Source of the DNA: Nitrosomonas sp.
GTDB taxonomy: Bacteria; Pseudomonadota; Gammaproteobacteria; Burkholderiales; Nitrosomonadaceae
Assembly: GCA_028577615.1 (NCBI GenBank)
Contig: JAJSDU010000010.1
Coordinates: 15,541-79,540, forward strand
Length of the DNA stretch: 64,000 bases
Direction of reading: 5' to 3'
Shown in pieces: positions 28,901 to 37,985 of the stretch (position 1 is its first letter; each line of letters begins with the position of its first letter). The position numbers and the translations under genes are program-made. The notes beneath the pieces are model-generated. The model searched no databases, was not told where the DNA came from, and saw only the letters and a program-made list of their open reading frames with translations.

Positions 28901-30045
28901 TCAGTCGCAAAGATCTGCAAGGAATATAACTCTCCCAGCCCCTCTTGCTCAACCAATTCCCTGAAAACCATGGCAAGTCCATAGGCTTCTTCACCAGAGG
29001 CGCACGCGGGTATCCACGCGCGAAATTTTTTGCCGACTGGATAAGCCGCAAATAACGATGGAAGCAACTTATTCTTGAAATACAGCCATATTGCCGGATC
29101 ACGAAAAAAATTAGTCACATGTATCAACAATTCCTTGAATAATAAATCCAGTTCCTGAGGCTTTTTATGAATAAAGTACAAGTAATCACCCAGGCTGTTG
29201 ATGCTGAGCAACCGCATGCGCCGCTCAATTCGGCGTCGCAAGGTACTCTTTTTATATTGGGAAAAATCATTGCTCCCCCTTTTATACAGCAGGGCGATAA
29301 TTTCATTCAATACATGGTCTGCATCGGATACTTGCTCGTCGCTCATAGTAGCGGTCTGAAATGATAGCGTAAGGCAGTTTATAATTTTACCGGGCAATTC
29401 TTCGACTGGCGCTACGACATCAACCGCTCCCGCATTAATGGCGCTGCGTGGCATGCTATCAAATTTGGCGGTAGCTGGCTCCTGTGCAAGGGTCAGGCCT
29501 TTTCCCCTTTTAATGGCTTGCAAACCTTTTGTACCATCGCACCCGGTTCCCGAAAAAACAGCACCAATAGCAGATTCTCCACGATCCTCGGCCAAAGCTC
29601 GCAAAAAAAAATCAATCGACTGTACTTTTCTTTGTTCTTTGGCTGGATCGTGCAAATATAACACGCCATGCAGGATGGATAATAATTTGTCAGGTGGCGC
29701 GACATAAACACAATCCGGATTTATTTTGACAAGATTCTCCGCCCATGCAACATTCAAAGCTGTCACACGCTGAAGTATTTCCGGCAGTCTGCTTTTATTG
29801 ACTGGATCCAGATGCTGAATAACAACAAAAGCAATCCCGCTGCTGTCAGGCACATGTTTCAGGAAAAGCTCCAATGCTTCAAGTCCGCCTGCCGAAGCGC
29901 CGATCCCGACAATTGGCGGCATGACGGAAGGTAAGATCTTCTTTGGCTTTGTGAATATTGATTCAGCGCGGGATTGGACGGCGGATACTCTCGATTCCCC
30001 TGAAACCGAAGTTCCAACGGACAAGTGATGCGAACGCTTGATCAC
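25975..30045 (-). CDS. CheB-methylesterase / CheR-methyltransferase fusion with coiled coil, PAS, GGDEF and EAL domains
   Basis: The 1356-aa ORF starts with a CheB-type domain lacking a receiver (IVGIGASAGGLEALELFLKHVP...FVVIQHLDP). It continues with a CheR domain (FFRDPAIW...RAWIPACASGEEAYGLAMVF...IFATDL) and a heptad region (EELRSSNEELQSTNEELHFLNRELQLANEEL). These are followed by PAS, GGDEF (ARQGGDEFIIVL) and EAL (EVLLRW, FEITES, DDFGTGYSSLSYLK). Confidence 0.85.
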   Translation of the reverse strand: MIKRSHHLSVGTSVSGESRVSAVQSRAESIFTKPKKILPSVMPPIVGIGASAGGLEALELFLKHVPDSSGIAFVVIQHLDPVNKSRLPEILQRVTALNVAWAENLVKINPDCVYVAPPDKLLSILHGVLYLHDPAKEQRKVQSIDFFLRALAEDRGESAIGAVFSGTGCDGTKGLQAIKRGKGLTLAQEPATAKFDSMPRSAINAGAVDVVAPVEELPGKIINCLTLSFQTATMSDEQVSDADHVLNEIIALLYKRGSNDFSQYKKSTLRRRIERRMRLLSINSLGDYLYFIHKKPQELDLLFKELLIHVTNFFRDPAIWLYFKNKLLPSLFAAYPVGKKFRAWIPACASGEEAYGLAMVFRELVEQEGLGELYSLQIFATDLNQDIIDKARHAFYSAKIEQDVSPERLERFFIPEKNGYRIRKEIRNMVVFATQNLITDIPFCKLDILSCRNLLIYFDRKLQEKILPLFHYALNPDGFLLLGTAEDIDNLTDLFVPVESKLQVYRRADKPSRQSFLEDLSNKDFSGMLKSGFKDQVRVISTASEDGHLSLQHYFPVSIMANNQGDIVLIHKTASRSAVSSDSNLNGSNNTTIETLVAELQHAREEIQITREEMLTSQEELRSSNEELQSTNEELHFLNRELQLANEELMSSKMKLQLLNEDLQASNSDLSGYIEAIGHLALVSITDRKGRILQVNDRFCKVSGYSREELVGQSHSIINSGMHSKAFFVEMWTTIASGGIWHKEICNRCKDGKLYWVDSTIVPLKDEQGRVNRYLSVRVDITSRKQKEIGLRERLKETTCLYSIRRAMEQLLSVDALFRRIVDHLAQAMQYPEHAIATIEYKNKLYASEKYAESSISGRDLYATFAGNDTESGRLRVFYPNDLSVEDMFFLLPEEQNFIDLIAKDIESWLERRQTERKVNYLANHDVLTGLPNRLLLQDRIEQAIALSRRKQVRMAILFLDLDHFKVINDSLGHSVGDLLLKEVAARLLSSIRDSDTVARQGGDEFIIVLPGIDSPLDVETVIKKLLNTLMRPYQIEDKALNVGASIGVSLYPDNGEDAGTLMKYSDIAMYHAKNSGRGSFKFFSPEMNQMAMERHCLGMDLQNALRENQLELFFQPVKDMADKKLMSLEVLLRWRHVELDWISPARFVRLAEETGLIISLGEWVLEKTCLRIKSWLSEGYKVPRVAVNISIKQLQKEDFVEDVISILDRTDTAGSALIFEITESILAENVSNTIETLNRLSKMGIRISIDDFGTGYSSLSYLKRYPIDTLKIDRSFVHDILLDKNDDAIVTAIIAMAHSLNIKVIAEGVETAEQLSLLVKKECDYYQGFYCSKPLPASEIVDMLTKMNRPSLRAV

Positions 30046-30349
30046 GAACCAATCTCCTCTGACAGTAAACCAAGCTCCAGCGACAATGCAGGCACTTGAC
30101 CGGTCATTATACCGTTAACTTTTCAGACAAGTATTGGATCGCCAGGAAAGGCTTGCTTCATCATTCATCGCGACCAGGGGAAGGGAAGTTCAAATATGCT
30201 TATTCAAAAGCAGCTATTCAGCGCAAAGGTAGATTCACCTGATAGTTTGCTGAACAACTGCTTTGAATCCTGTTTTATCAGGAATAATAATTGACGTGAA
30301 AGTGAAGCCAACTAACTGATTCTTTGTTATTTACATCCAGGATTATGAA

Positions 30350-32074
30350 TTAGAACTCTTCCCAGGATTCATCGCTGCCGCCGGCAGCAACTTTCTTGGG
30401 CCTGGATTCAACTGGAACAACTCTGGCTGCATTTTTTTGTGATGCTCTCCGGGTCGCCAGACCGCGGTCAGGCAGTTTAGCCACAGCAGCCGGACGATTA
30501 CTTCTTTTAACTGGTGTCTCGGTCATCATACCGCCAGACAGTTTAAAAACAGCAACCGCCTGCGACAAGGCATGCGCCTGTTCCTGCATGGACTCGGCAG
30601 CCGCAGCGGCCTCTTCAACCAAGGCGGCGTTTTGTTGCGTCACTTCGTCCATCTGCGTAACTGCCTGGTTTACCTGCTCGATACCGGAACTTTGTTCCTG
30701 CGATGCGGCAGAAATCTCCGCCATGATATCCGTCACACGCTTAACCGAATTGACGATTTCGTTCATGGTGGCGCCAGCCTCATCAACCAGCCGGGTACCG
30801 TCTTCAACCTTACTGACTGAATCACCGATCAGTTCCTTGATTTCCTTGGCCGCTGCCGCGGAACGTTGCGCCAGCGTACGCACTTCTGTCGCCACTACCG
30901 CAAAACCACGACCCTGCTCGCCCGCCCGCGCAGCCTCCACCGCGGCATTCAACGCCAGAATATTCGTCTGAAAAGCAATACCGTCAATGACACTGATGAT
31001 ATCGACAATTTTCTTGGAACTGTCGTTAATCGCACTCATGGTCTGCACCACCTGTCCAACCACAGCACCACCCCTGACAGCCACTTCCGAAGCACCCGAT
31101 GCCAGTTGATTGGCCTGACGGGCATTGTCGGCATTCTGTCTCACGGTTGATGTCAGTTCTTCCATTGAAGAAGCGGTTTCCTCCAGGCTGGATGCCTGCT
31201 CTTCCGTCCGCTGACTCAAATCCGAATTACCCGCAGCAATCTCGCTTGATGCGGTATAAATAGAATCCGTGCTGGTACGTACCTTACCGACCAAATCCAC
31301 CAGATTGTCATTCATCTGCTTCAACGCATGCATCAAATGCCCGGTTTCATTATTGGATGTAACGTCAATACGGCTCGTCAGATCACCCGATGCGACAGCA
31401 TCGGCAATACTGACGGCTTCATTGATCGGTCCGACAATCGCACGTACCAGCATCATGCCGATCACCACCGCCAGAATCACGCCAACCGCTACAGCCACAC
31501 TGGTTATCATAAAAACGGTATTGAAGTTGCTTTGCGCTTCTGCATACTCCTGCGCGGCAACCCCGCCCTGCAATTCAATCAGACTAAGCATAGTCGCGTG
31601 TGCGGCATCAAATTTCTCTCTAGCATCCGATATCGTATTAGCAATAGATTCTTCAAAATTCCCCGCCATGGCCAGGCTAATTGTGCGATCGCGTGACTCT
31701 TGGTATAACGGCCATTGACGTGCAAAAGTATTGGCCAGCTTTTCCTCTTCAGATACCAGATAGGTGGTCATGAATTTCTGCCATATAGTATTGATCCTTG
31801 CATCATTCTCCGCAGTCATCGCAGCGCGCTGCCTGGCTGCCTCAATACTATTCAGATAGGCCGCCATTACTGCATTCATACGAACAATCTGCATCTGATC
31901 AATGACCTGACTTAAATCCGCCAGCACCACCGTGCGATCTTCATAAACTGTTTTTAAACCGGCATTGGATTGATTAATTCCGTACAATCCCAAACCACCG
32001 ATGCCTACCAATAAGACCGAAAGCATGCCGATGACCAGCATCAAGCGCGACTTGATCGTCATGTTGTCAAACAT
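30350..32074 (-). CDS. methyl-accepting chemotaxis protein with C-terminal xWxxF tether
   Basis: The 574-aa ORF has two TM segments flanking a four-helix-bundle-type periplasmic domain, a HAMP domain and the conserved signalling hairpin ([30 protein letters not shown]). A long unstructured tail ends in DESWEEF* (codons 30353-30367). Confidence 0.95.
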   Translation of the reverse strand: MFDNMTIKSRLMLVIGMLSVLLVGIGGLGLYGINQSNAGLKTVYEDRTVVLADLSQVIDQMQIVRMNAVMAAYLNSIEAARQRAAMTAENDARINTIWQKFMTTYLVSEEEKLANTFARQWPLYQESRDRTISLAMAGNFEESIANTISDAREKFDAAHATMLSLIELQGGVAAQEYAEAQSNFNTVFMITSVAVAVGVILAVVIGMMLVRAIVGPINEAVSIADAVASGDLTSRIDVTSNNETGHLMHALKQMNDNLVDLVGKVRTSTDSIYTASSEIAAGNSDLSQRTEEQASSLEETASSMEELTSTVRQNADNARQANQLASGASEVAVRGGAVVGQVVQTMSAINDSSKKIVDIISVIDGIAFQTNILALNAAVEAARAGEQGRGFAVVATEVRTLAQRSAAAAKEIKELIGDSVSKVEDGTRLVDEAGATMNEIVNSVKRVTDIMAEISAASQEQSSGIEQVNQAVTQMDEVTQQNAALVEEAAAAAESMQEQAHALSQAVAVFKLSGGMMTETPVKRSNRPAAVAKLPDRGLATRRASQKNAARVVPVESRPKKVAAGGSDESWEEF

Positions 32075-32106
32075 TACTTATTCTCCTTTAAAAAACCTAA
32101 CAAAAT

Positions 32107-32631
32107 TTAGTTCAGGGCCTGATTGACCAGCCCCATATCTTCGCTGGCCATCAATTTTTCAATGTCTACCAGTATCAACATGCGTTCGTCTATTGTTCCA
32201 AGCCCGGTTATATATTTCGTGTCGATGATCGAACCAAATTCCGGCGTAGGCCTGACATGTTCCATGTCGAGACTGATCACATCGGAAACACCATCGACAA
32301 CAATACCCATTACACGCCCGCCCACGTTCAGGATAATCACGACAGTAAATTGATCATATTCGGCATTTCCCAGCCTGAATTTTATGCGCATATCAATGAT
32401 CGGCACGATAATGCCGCGCAGGTTGACGACACCTTTGATAAAGCCCGGAGAATTAGCAATCTGTGTTATGGCTTCGTTGTCATATCCCCGGATTTCCTGA
32501 ACCTTCAGAATATCAATCCCGTATTCTTCGCTCCCGAGCCGGAATGTAAGAAATTCGTTCAACTGACGCGACGCGGCTTCACCAACTGCATTCACAGCGG
32601 ACGCCATGGTCGCGGATTGTTGTTGCGACAT
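32107..32631 (-). CDS. cheW: chemotaxis coupling protein CheW
   Basis: CheW-domain pattern: [24 protein letters not shown]...[16 protein letters not shown] place the start at ATG 32631, preceded by GGAGG. The track's 31-codon extension would overlap cheA. Confidence 0.9.
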   Translation of the reverse strand: MSQQQSATMASAVNAVGEAASRQLNEFLTFRLGSEEYGIDILKVQEIRGYDNEAITQIANSPGFIKGVVNLRGIIVPIIDMRIKFRLGNAEYDQFTVVIILNVGGRVMGIVVDGVSDVISLDMEHVRPTPEFGSIIDTKYITGLGTIDERMLILVDIEKLMASEDMGLVNQALN

Positions 32632-32689
32632 ATTGCTACCTCCTAAATAAATAAAAAACGTGACTAGTACCGGCGGGGATCTGTGATAC

Positions 32690-34885
32690 TTATTGAGTCG
32701 ACATGACGAGTCCAGTCGTATCAAGGATTAAGGCCACCTTGCCATCGCCCATGATCGTGGCGCCTGATACGCCGTGAACACGGCGATAATTACTTTCCAG
32801 GCTCTTAATGACGACCTGGTGCTGCCCCACCAATTCGTCGACAAGCATCGCTGCCTTATGGCCATCGGCATCCAGAATGACAAGAATTCCATCTTTGATT
32901 TCCGATGATTTTGGTCGGATATTGAATACTTCGTGCAACGCAATGACAGGAAGATATTCACCACGCACCTGAACCACGCGACCTCGACCGCTGATTGTTC
33001 TGATATCGTTTTCTGACGGTTGCAGTGACTCGGTAATGTAAGTCAGCGGTACGATAAACATTTGATCACCTACAGTTACCGACAAGCCATCGAGAATGGC
33101 AAGCGTCAGTGGCAACCGGATTGTAATGCGGGTACCGACGCCAAAAACCGAATTCACTTCAACCCGTCCGCCCATGCTTTGGATATTTCGTTTCACCACA
33201 TCCATACCCACGCCACGCCCGGAAACATCAGTTACTTTATCGGCTGTCGAGAATCCGGCTTCAAAAATTAACATCCAGACCTCCTGATCCGGCATGTCAT
33301 CACGAACCGGCAGTCCTCTGTCCCTTGCTTTGGCAAGAATTTTTTCACGGTTGAGTCCCGCGCCATCGTCGCCGACCTCTATCACAATGCTGCCGCCTTG
33401 CTGAAAAGCACGCAGCGTAATTGTCCCTTTAGCCAGCTTGCCTGCCGCTATCCGTTTTTCCGGTAATTCAATGCCGTGATCCAGGCTATTACGCACCAGA
33501 TGTGTTAAAGGATCAGCTATTTTTTCAATCAAACCTTTGTCCAGCTCGGTACCCTCGCCTACTGTTTTTAATTCAACCTTCTTATTCAATTTTGCCGCCA
33601 GATCACGAACGACTCTGGGATAACGACTGAAAACAACACTCATTGGCAGCATGCGGATAGACATCACGGCCTCCTGCAGGTCGCGCGTATTACGTTCCAA
33701 ATGGCTCATACCGCTTTGCAATTTCTCGGAGAGAACCGGATCGATTTCCGAAGCTGTTTGCGCAAGCATTGCCTGCGTAATAACCAGCTCGCCGACTAGA
33801 TTAATCATTTGATCGACTTTTCCTATGCTCACACGAATTGAGTTTGTTTCGACCGCCGCCGCTTTTGCATTTAAATTAGAACTCGCCGCCAAATTAATCT
33901 GATCGGCGGCATTTGATGATTGCGCTAATTCTGATTGAGTTTGTTGCGAAAATTCCTGCTCCCGAGGCGCCGCTGGCGCACCAGGAAAAAAACCATAGGG
34001 CGCGCTATCAACCCCGGCACTTGAGGTTGAAGAAGGTTTTGCCTCTATATGTGGCGCAGCATTGTTTACGACCTCAGTTGTTGCCGCTGCAAATGTGCCA
34101 GCCTGATATTCCTCGGTTTGCGTACATTTTTCGATTTTCAAATGAGCCGGATTAACAATAAATGCCAGCATTTCCCATACATCTTCTTCAGGTGCAGACG
34201 TTGTCAAATGCAACCGACAGACCTCTTCATCCGACTCCGGACATGTCTCCAAGCTGCCTTGCTGCTTTAAATTAAAGAATAGATTTTCTTTTGATTCGTC
34301 GCTCAATCCGGTTGTTGAAAACTCTATTTGATAAACAGCATGATTTGCATTTCCTGTTGCTGATGTTTCTTCAACCGTAATATCTGAAAACTCTTCTATT
34401 GCTGATGGTGTTGCTGTTGCAACAACCACTGACTGTTCATGTAAATACACTGCCTGAGAAGCCCTGCTTATAGGATCAACAGCCCCCTCATCAGCGGTTT
34501 CCTCGGAAAGTTTCTGCAACTCGTCGCAGACTTCTTTCACAACAACCGGGTCAGCAGCACCATCGCCGCGATGTCCCGCAAGCTGGTCTTTGATAACATC
34601 ACCTGCTTTTAGAAAAGCGTCAACCATTTCACTACGAACCTTCAGTTCGCCTTTACGCAACCTGTCCAGCAGCGTTTCCAACATATGCGTCATCTCCGTC
34701 ATGTCTGTAAAACCAAAGGTACCCGCTCCACCTTTTATCGAATGAGCAGCGCGAAATATTGCGTTCAAATCCTCCATGCTGGGTGAATTAACGTCTAGCC
34801 CGAGTAAACACGCTTCCATTTCCGCCAGCAATTCCGAGGATTCTTCAAAAAAAACCTCATAAAATTGTTCAAGATCTGTACTCAT
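32690..34885 (-). CDS. cheA: chemotaxis histidine kinase CheA
   Basis: The 731-aa ORF has a P1 HPt domain ([16 protein letters not shown]), a long acidic/low-complexity P2 linker, P3-P4 ([27 protein letters not shown]) and a P5 CheW-like domain. Confidence 0.95.
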   Translation of the reverse strand: MSTDLEQFYEVFFEESSELLAEMEACLLGLDVNSPSMEDLNAIFRAAHSIKGGAGTFGFTDMTEMTHMLETLLDRLRKGELKVRSEMVDAFLKAGDVIKDQLAGHRGDGAADPVVVKEVCDELQKLSEETADEGAVDPISRASQAVYLHEQSVVVATATPSAIEEFSDITVEETSATGNANHAVYQIEFSTTGLSDESKENLFFNLKQQGSLETCPESDEEVCRLHLTTSAPEEDVWEMLAFIVNPAHLKIEKCTQTEEYQAGTFAAATTEVVNNAAPHIEAKPSSTSSAGVDSAPYGFFPGAPAAPREQEFSQQTQSELAQSSNAADQINLAASSNLNAKAAAVETNSIRVSIGKVDQMINLVGELVITQAMLAQTASEIDPVLSEKLQSGMSHLERNTRDLQEAVMSIRMLPMSVVFSRYPRVVRDLAAKLNKKVELKTVGEGTELDKGLIEKIADPLTHLVRNSLDHGIELPEKRIAAGKLAKGTITLRAFQQGGSIVIEVGDDGAGLNREKILAKARDRGLPVRDDMPDQEVWMLIFEAGFSTADKVTDVSGRGVGMDVVKRNIQSMGGRVEVNSVFGVGTRITIRLPLTLAILDGLSVTVGDQMFIVPLTYITESLQPSENDIRTISGRGRVVQVRGEYLPVIALHEVFNIRPKSSEIKDGILVILDADGHKAAMLVDELVGQHQVVIKSLESNYRRVHGVSGATIMGDGKVALILDTTGLVMSTQ

Positions 34886-35187
34886 TTAGAATCCTATTTT
34901 CTTAAATTAAGTCTGGTCAATTGTCACAAATCACCACGAAAAACAACATAAACATATGAATCATGGACAGAAGATTTTTTATTCTTCAAAACGAAAGAAA
35001 AATATCGCAATAAATTTGTTGAATCACCCGACAAGCATATTCAAAGTATGTTTTCATCCTTTCCATATGCTTTATGAAGCAATAAGTAGCGAATTTATTT
35101 ATGGAAACAGTATTAAATTAATTACATTAAACAACAAAAATTTGAACTCAAACTTTAGAATAAAAATGTGTATATATTCCAATTCAA

Positions 35188-35553
35188 TTATTTAATAACT
35201 TTTTTAATCACTTCCACCAGACTTCCGGGATTAAATGGCTTAACGAGCCATCCAGTGGCGCCAGCCAACCTTCCTTTTGCCTTCATCTCATCAGTGGATT
35301 CAGTAGTCAGCATCAGGATAGGTACAGCCTGATACTGGGAAATTTTTCTCAAGCTCTCGAGCAGCATTAAGCCATCCATGCGCGGCATATTAATGTCCGT
35401 CAGTACCAGATTAAATGCACGCTGCCTGGCTTTATCCAATGCGTCCTGCCCATCGACTGCTTCTATCACTTCGTAGCCGGCACCTTTCAAAGTAAACGAA
35501 ACCATTTGCCGTATTGATGCCGAATCATCGACTGCCAGTATTGTCTTTGTCAT
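35188..35553 (-). CDS. cheY: chemotaxis response regulator CheY
   Basis: The 121-aa single receiver domain has VDDS, LVLTDINMP, LMLTTES and WLVKPF. Confidence 0.9.
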   Translation of the reverse strand: MTKTILAVDDSASIRQMVSFTLKGAGYEVIEAVDGQDALDKARQRAFNLVLTDINMPRMDGLMLLESLRKISQYQAVPILMLTTESTDEMKAKGRLAGATGWLVKPFNPGSLVEVIKKVIK

Positions 35554-35607
35554 TGATTAACTCCTTAAACCAATTTTTTACTCTGATGTATAAAAATTGC
35601 TCTTGCT

Positions 35608-36186
35608 TTAAAATAATTCTATTTCACCGTTGTGCATCGCCTGCTGAACAACCGGTTTCTCCTTGGTTCGCGACCGTGCTATCCGCATCGCTTTTGAAAT
35701 GCCCTGACCCACATCCATTAAACATTTCTCTTCCGCCGGCAAGCTTTTATTGTGACCGTCAATACGCTGCAAAACTCTGATGAACACATCAAGCTGATTA
35801 GATGTATGCGCCAGCAGCTGTGTTACCAAATCTCCGAACTGGAGCGATGTAATTGCTTCCTCCAGTTCATGCTCAATTTTGTCTGCAATCATCATCTGCC
35901 TTCTTAGCAATTCAAGAATGGGTTCACTTTGATCAGGCACAGCAAGTTTCTCGATGGCCATCACCATTTCATGATGCGATTTTGTCAGTTGACTGATAAA
36001 TTTAAAGTTGATAACCAAATTATTAACAGCGTCACTGACAAGCCGATCAACCTGATTCAGATCATTCTTTATATTCAAAAAAAACTCGTCTGACTCATCG
36101 CTGTAAACACAATCGCCCAATTCAGTTAAGGAATTGTCAGGCACGCATAGATCGGACCTGCGGTGCTCATTCTGATCATCTACCAT
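35608..36186 (-). CDS. hypothetical protein, possibly a divergent short CheZ-type CheY-P phosphatase
   Basis: The 192-aa helical protein lies immediately upstream of cheY. The motif SLQFGDLVTQ (D119 codon 35830-35832, Q123 codon 35818-35820) has the same D-x3-Q spacing as the E. coli CheZ catalytic QDFQDLTGQ. The C-terminus ends in a hydrophobic ...EIELF. The functional call rests on this motif and position only. Confidence 0.4.
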   Translation of the reverse strand: MVDDQNEHRRSDLCVPDNSLTELGDCVYSDESDEFFLNIKNDLNQVDRLVSDAVNNLVINFKFISQLTKSHHEMVMAIEKLAVPDQSEPILELLRRQMMIADKIEHELEEAITSLQFGDLVTQLLAHTSNQLDVFIRVLQRIDGHNKSLPAEEKCLMDVGQGISKAMRIARSRTKEKPVVQQAMHNGEIELF

Positions 36187-36227
36187 TGCTATGCCTCAAC
36201 TGTTAGGGTTGATTTGAATTTTTCCTA

Positions 36228-37472
36228 TTAATGGGCGGCTTCACCAATCCGGCTTACCCATCCGAGTGCCTCCAGTTCCAAATCAGCCAATTTACGCTGA
36301 CTGAGAAAACCCAGTTCACTCAATAAAGATGTAACAACTCCGGGCTCATCGGCCTCACTGGCCTCAATCAATTTAAGCTCCTGCCCCAGGCGACCACTTC
36401 GATTCAGAAGTGCATTATTCATATCCTCCGGAATATTCAATTTATCAATAATCTGCTGCATCTCGATTTCCAGCAACGTATCCAGTAAAGATAGAATACC
36501 AACCATAAACGCCCTTTCCTGATGGATCTTATCGTGCGGACGGTCTTCGGCAGCGATGAGCTCCATAAGCTTTCCACGCGCAGCGGCTGTTTGTAGCAAT
36601 GCATTGGCCATATTGTTTTCGCTGCCGGAACCGCTATTTGTATAGAGAAGCAATTGTATCCAGCGCTGCAGCTGTCTCCGCCCCAGCAATACAATTGATT
36701 GTTTTATAGAATTGATTTTTTGTGGAAGACCACTGGCAGATGAATTCACCATGCGTAGCAGGTTGTAGCTCAATCCTGGCTGTCGCTTGAATTCTTTATC
36801 TATTTCTTCAATATCACTGTCACCCATGACGAGCTGCAATAGCTTCAGTAGCGATAGTTTGGCCGGATCAGCGCGCTTACCGGAAATATTTTCCGGTTTG
36901 GCAAAATAATATCCCTGGAACATCTCAAAACCTAAAGCCATACATACTTTAGCCAGCTCAGGGGTTTCTATTTTCTCTGCAAGCAGTAAGACTGGCCAGC
37001 GCTTGTACTGGTCGACCAGACTGATCAGACTCTCTTTATCAAGTTGTGAAATGTCAATTTTCACAATATTGATGGCAGGCAGGATGCGTTGAATCTCTTC
37101 ATTAATTGTCACCACACCGTCCAGCGCACACTGATGTCCTGCTTTTTTTAACTTGAAACATTTCGCGATAAACTCGTCGTCAAATTTATCTGTACTTTTG
37201 ATTTCCAGCACGACATGGTTGCTGGGCAGCAGTTCGACGAGATCACTTAAAATCAGCTCTCGATTAACATTGATAAACCCACGCTGTTCGCCCAGTATAT
37301 TTTGTATACCGAAATGTCCATAGGCATTTACAATCACGTTTGCTGTTGCTGCTAAACCATCATCGAAATCGGCTTTTTCGTCTCGTTCATTTGATCTAAA
37401 GAATAATTCGTAGGCAATTAGATTCTGATTTCGATCAAGTATTGGTTGTTTCCCAAGAAAAACATTCTCCAT
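36228..37472 (-). CDS. EAL-HDOD domain protein
   Basis: The 414-aa ORF has an N-terminal YuxH-type EAL domain (LGKQPILDRNQNLIAYELFFRS) and a C-terminal HDOD domain (LLRMVNSSASGL...SIVLLGRRQLQRWIQLLLY). Confidence 0.85.
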   Translation of the reverse strand: MENVFLGKQPILDRNQNLIAYELFFRSNERDEKADFDDGLAATANVIVNAYGHFGIQNILGEQRGFINVNRELILSDLVELLPSNHVVLEIKSTDKFDDEFIAKCFKLKKAGHQCALDGVVTINEEIQRILPAINIVKIDISQLDKESLISLVDQYKRWPVLLLAEKIETPELAKVCMALGFEMFQGYYFAKPENISGKRADPAKLSLLKLLQLVMGDSDIEEIDKEFKRQPGLSYNLLRMVNSSASGLPQKINSIKQSIVLLGRRQLQRWIQLLLYTNSGSGSENNMANALLQTAAARGKLMELIAAEDRPHDKIHQERAFMVGILSLLDTLLEIEMQQIIDKLNIPEDMNNALLNRSGRLGQELKLIEASEADEPGVVTSLLSELGFLSQRKLADLELEALGWVSRIGEAAH

Positions 37473-37520
37473 TCATTTCTCCACATTAACCATCATTTAT
37501 ACGCAATACTCATGGTATGG

Positions 37521-37547
37521 TTATCGACTGGAGAATCGCTTTCTTAA
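37521..37547 (-). promoter_or_regulatory. candidate sigma-28 (FliA) promoter for the EAL-HDOD/che operon
   Basis: The minus strand reads TTAAG-N15-TCGATAA, against the consensus TAAAG-N15-CCGATAA. It lies about 50 nt upstream of ATG 37472. Confidence 0.4.
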
Positions 37548-37985
37548 GTATTGGTTAAATTGGCGCAGATTTACAGGCAAATCGGCCTGGCACCTGCAAT
37601 TAAAGCGATCAGACTTACGGAATACCGTACACGAACAAAAGAACAGTATGTACTAATGAATGGCACACCGCCGCCTTTAGTCAGCAGAATAAACACCAAT
37701 GCGCCACTTAATGGGTGAATAAGCAAAGGCAAATTTTTAAATTCAATTGACTAATTGAATTGACTACCAATTGAAAAAGCAATCACAAAGCACTATGCAC
37801 CGTTATCCGGTGTTACAGGATGTCTACTTTCCTGGATTGCTGCTGCACTAAATGGTTAATAATTGGTACATGGAATGGAGAATCTCTATTTCGAAATCGG
37901 TTAACATAACAAACCGCAATAACCTGTATATCGTCCGATTTTTAGCCTTGAACGGGACATCACATTGATGAGAGCATCGAATCCA

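Noticed and set aside
29603-29611. Homopolymer tracts as possible phase-variation switches: A9 in the CheBR fusion gene, A9 at 10926-10934 in the methyltransferase gene, C7 at 7572-7578 in an intergenic spacer
   Set aside because: Runs of 7-9 nt encoding Phe-Phe or Lys-Lys are unremarkable in moderately AT-rich DNA. No other contingency-locus features are present. Population sequencing would be needed to show length variation.
34956-35195. 79-aa plus-strand ORF in the cheY-cheA spacer
   Set aside because: It is a translation of extremely AT-rich, low-complexity DNA (N/I/K/F-rich), is antisense to the operon, and has no RBS.
37575-37620. GGCAAA...AAAGC string reminiscent of a c-di-GMP-I (GEMM) riboswitch
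   Set aside because: It lacks the conserved GGGCAAACC / ACGCAAAGC cores and paired stems, and it is on the plus strand with no downstream gene.
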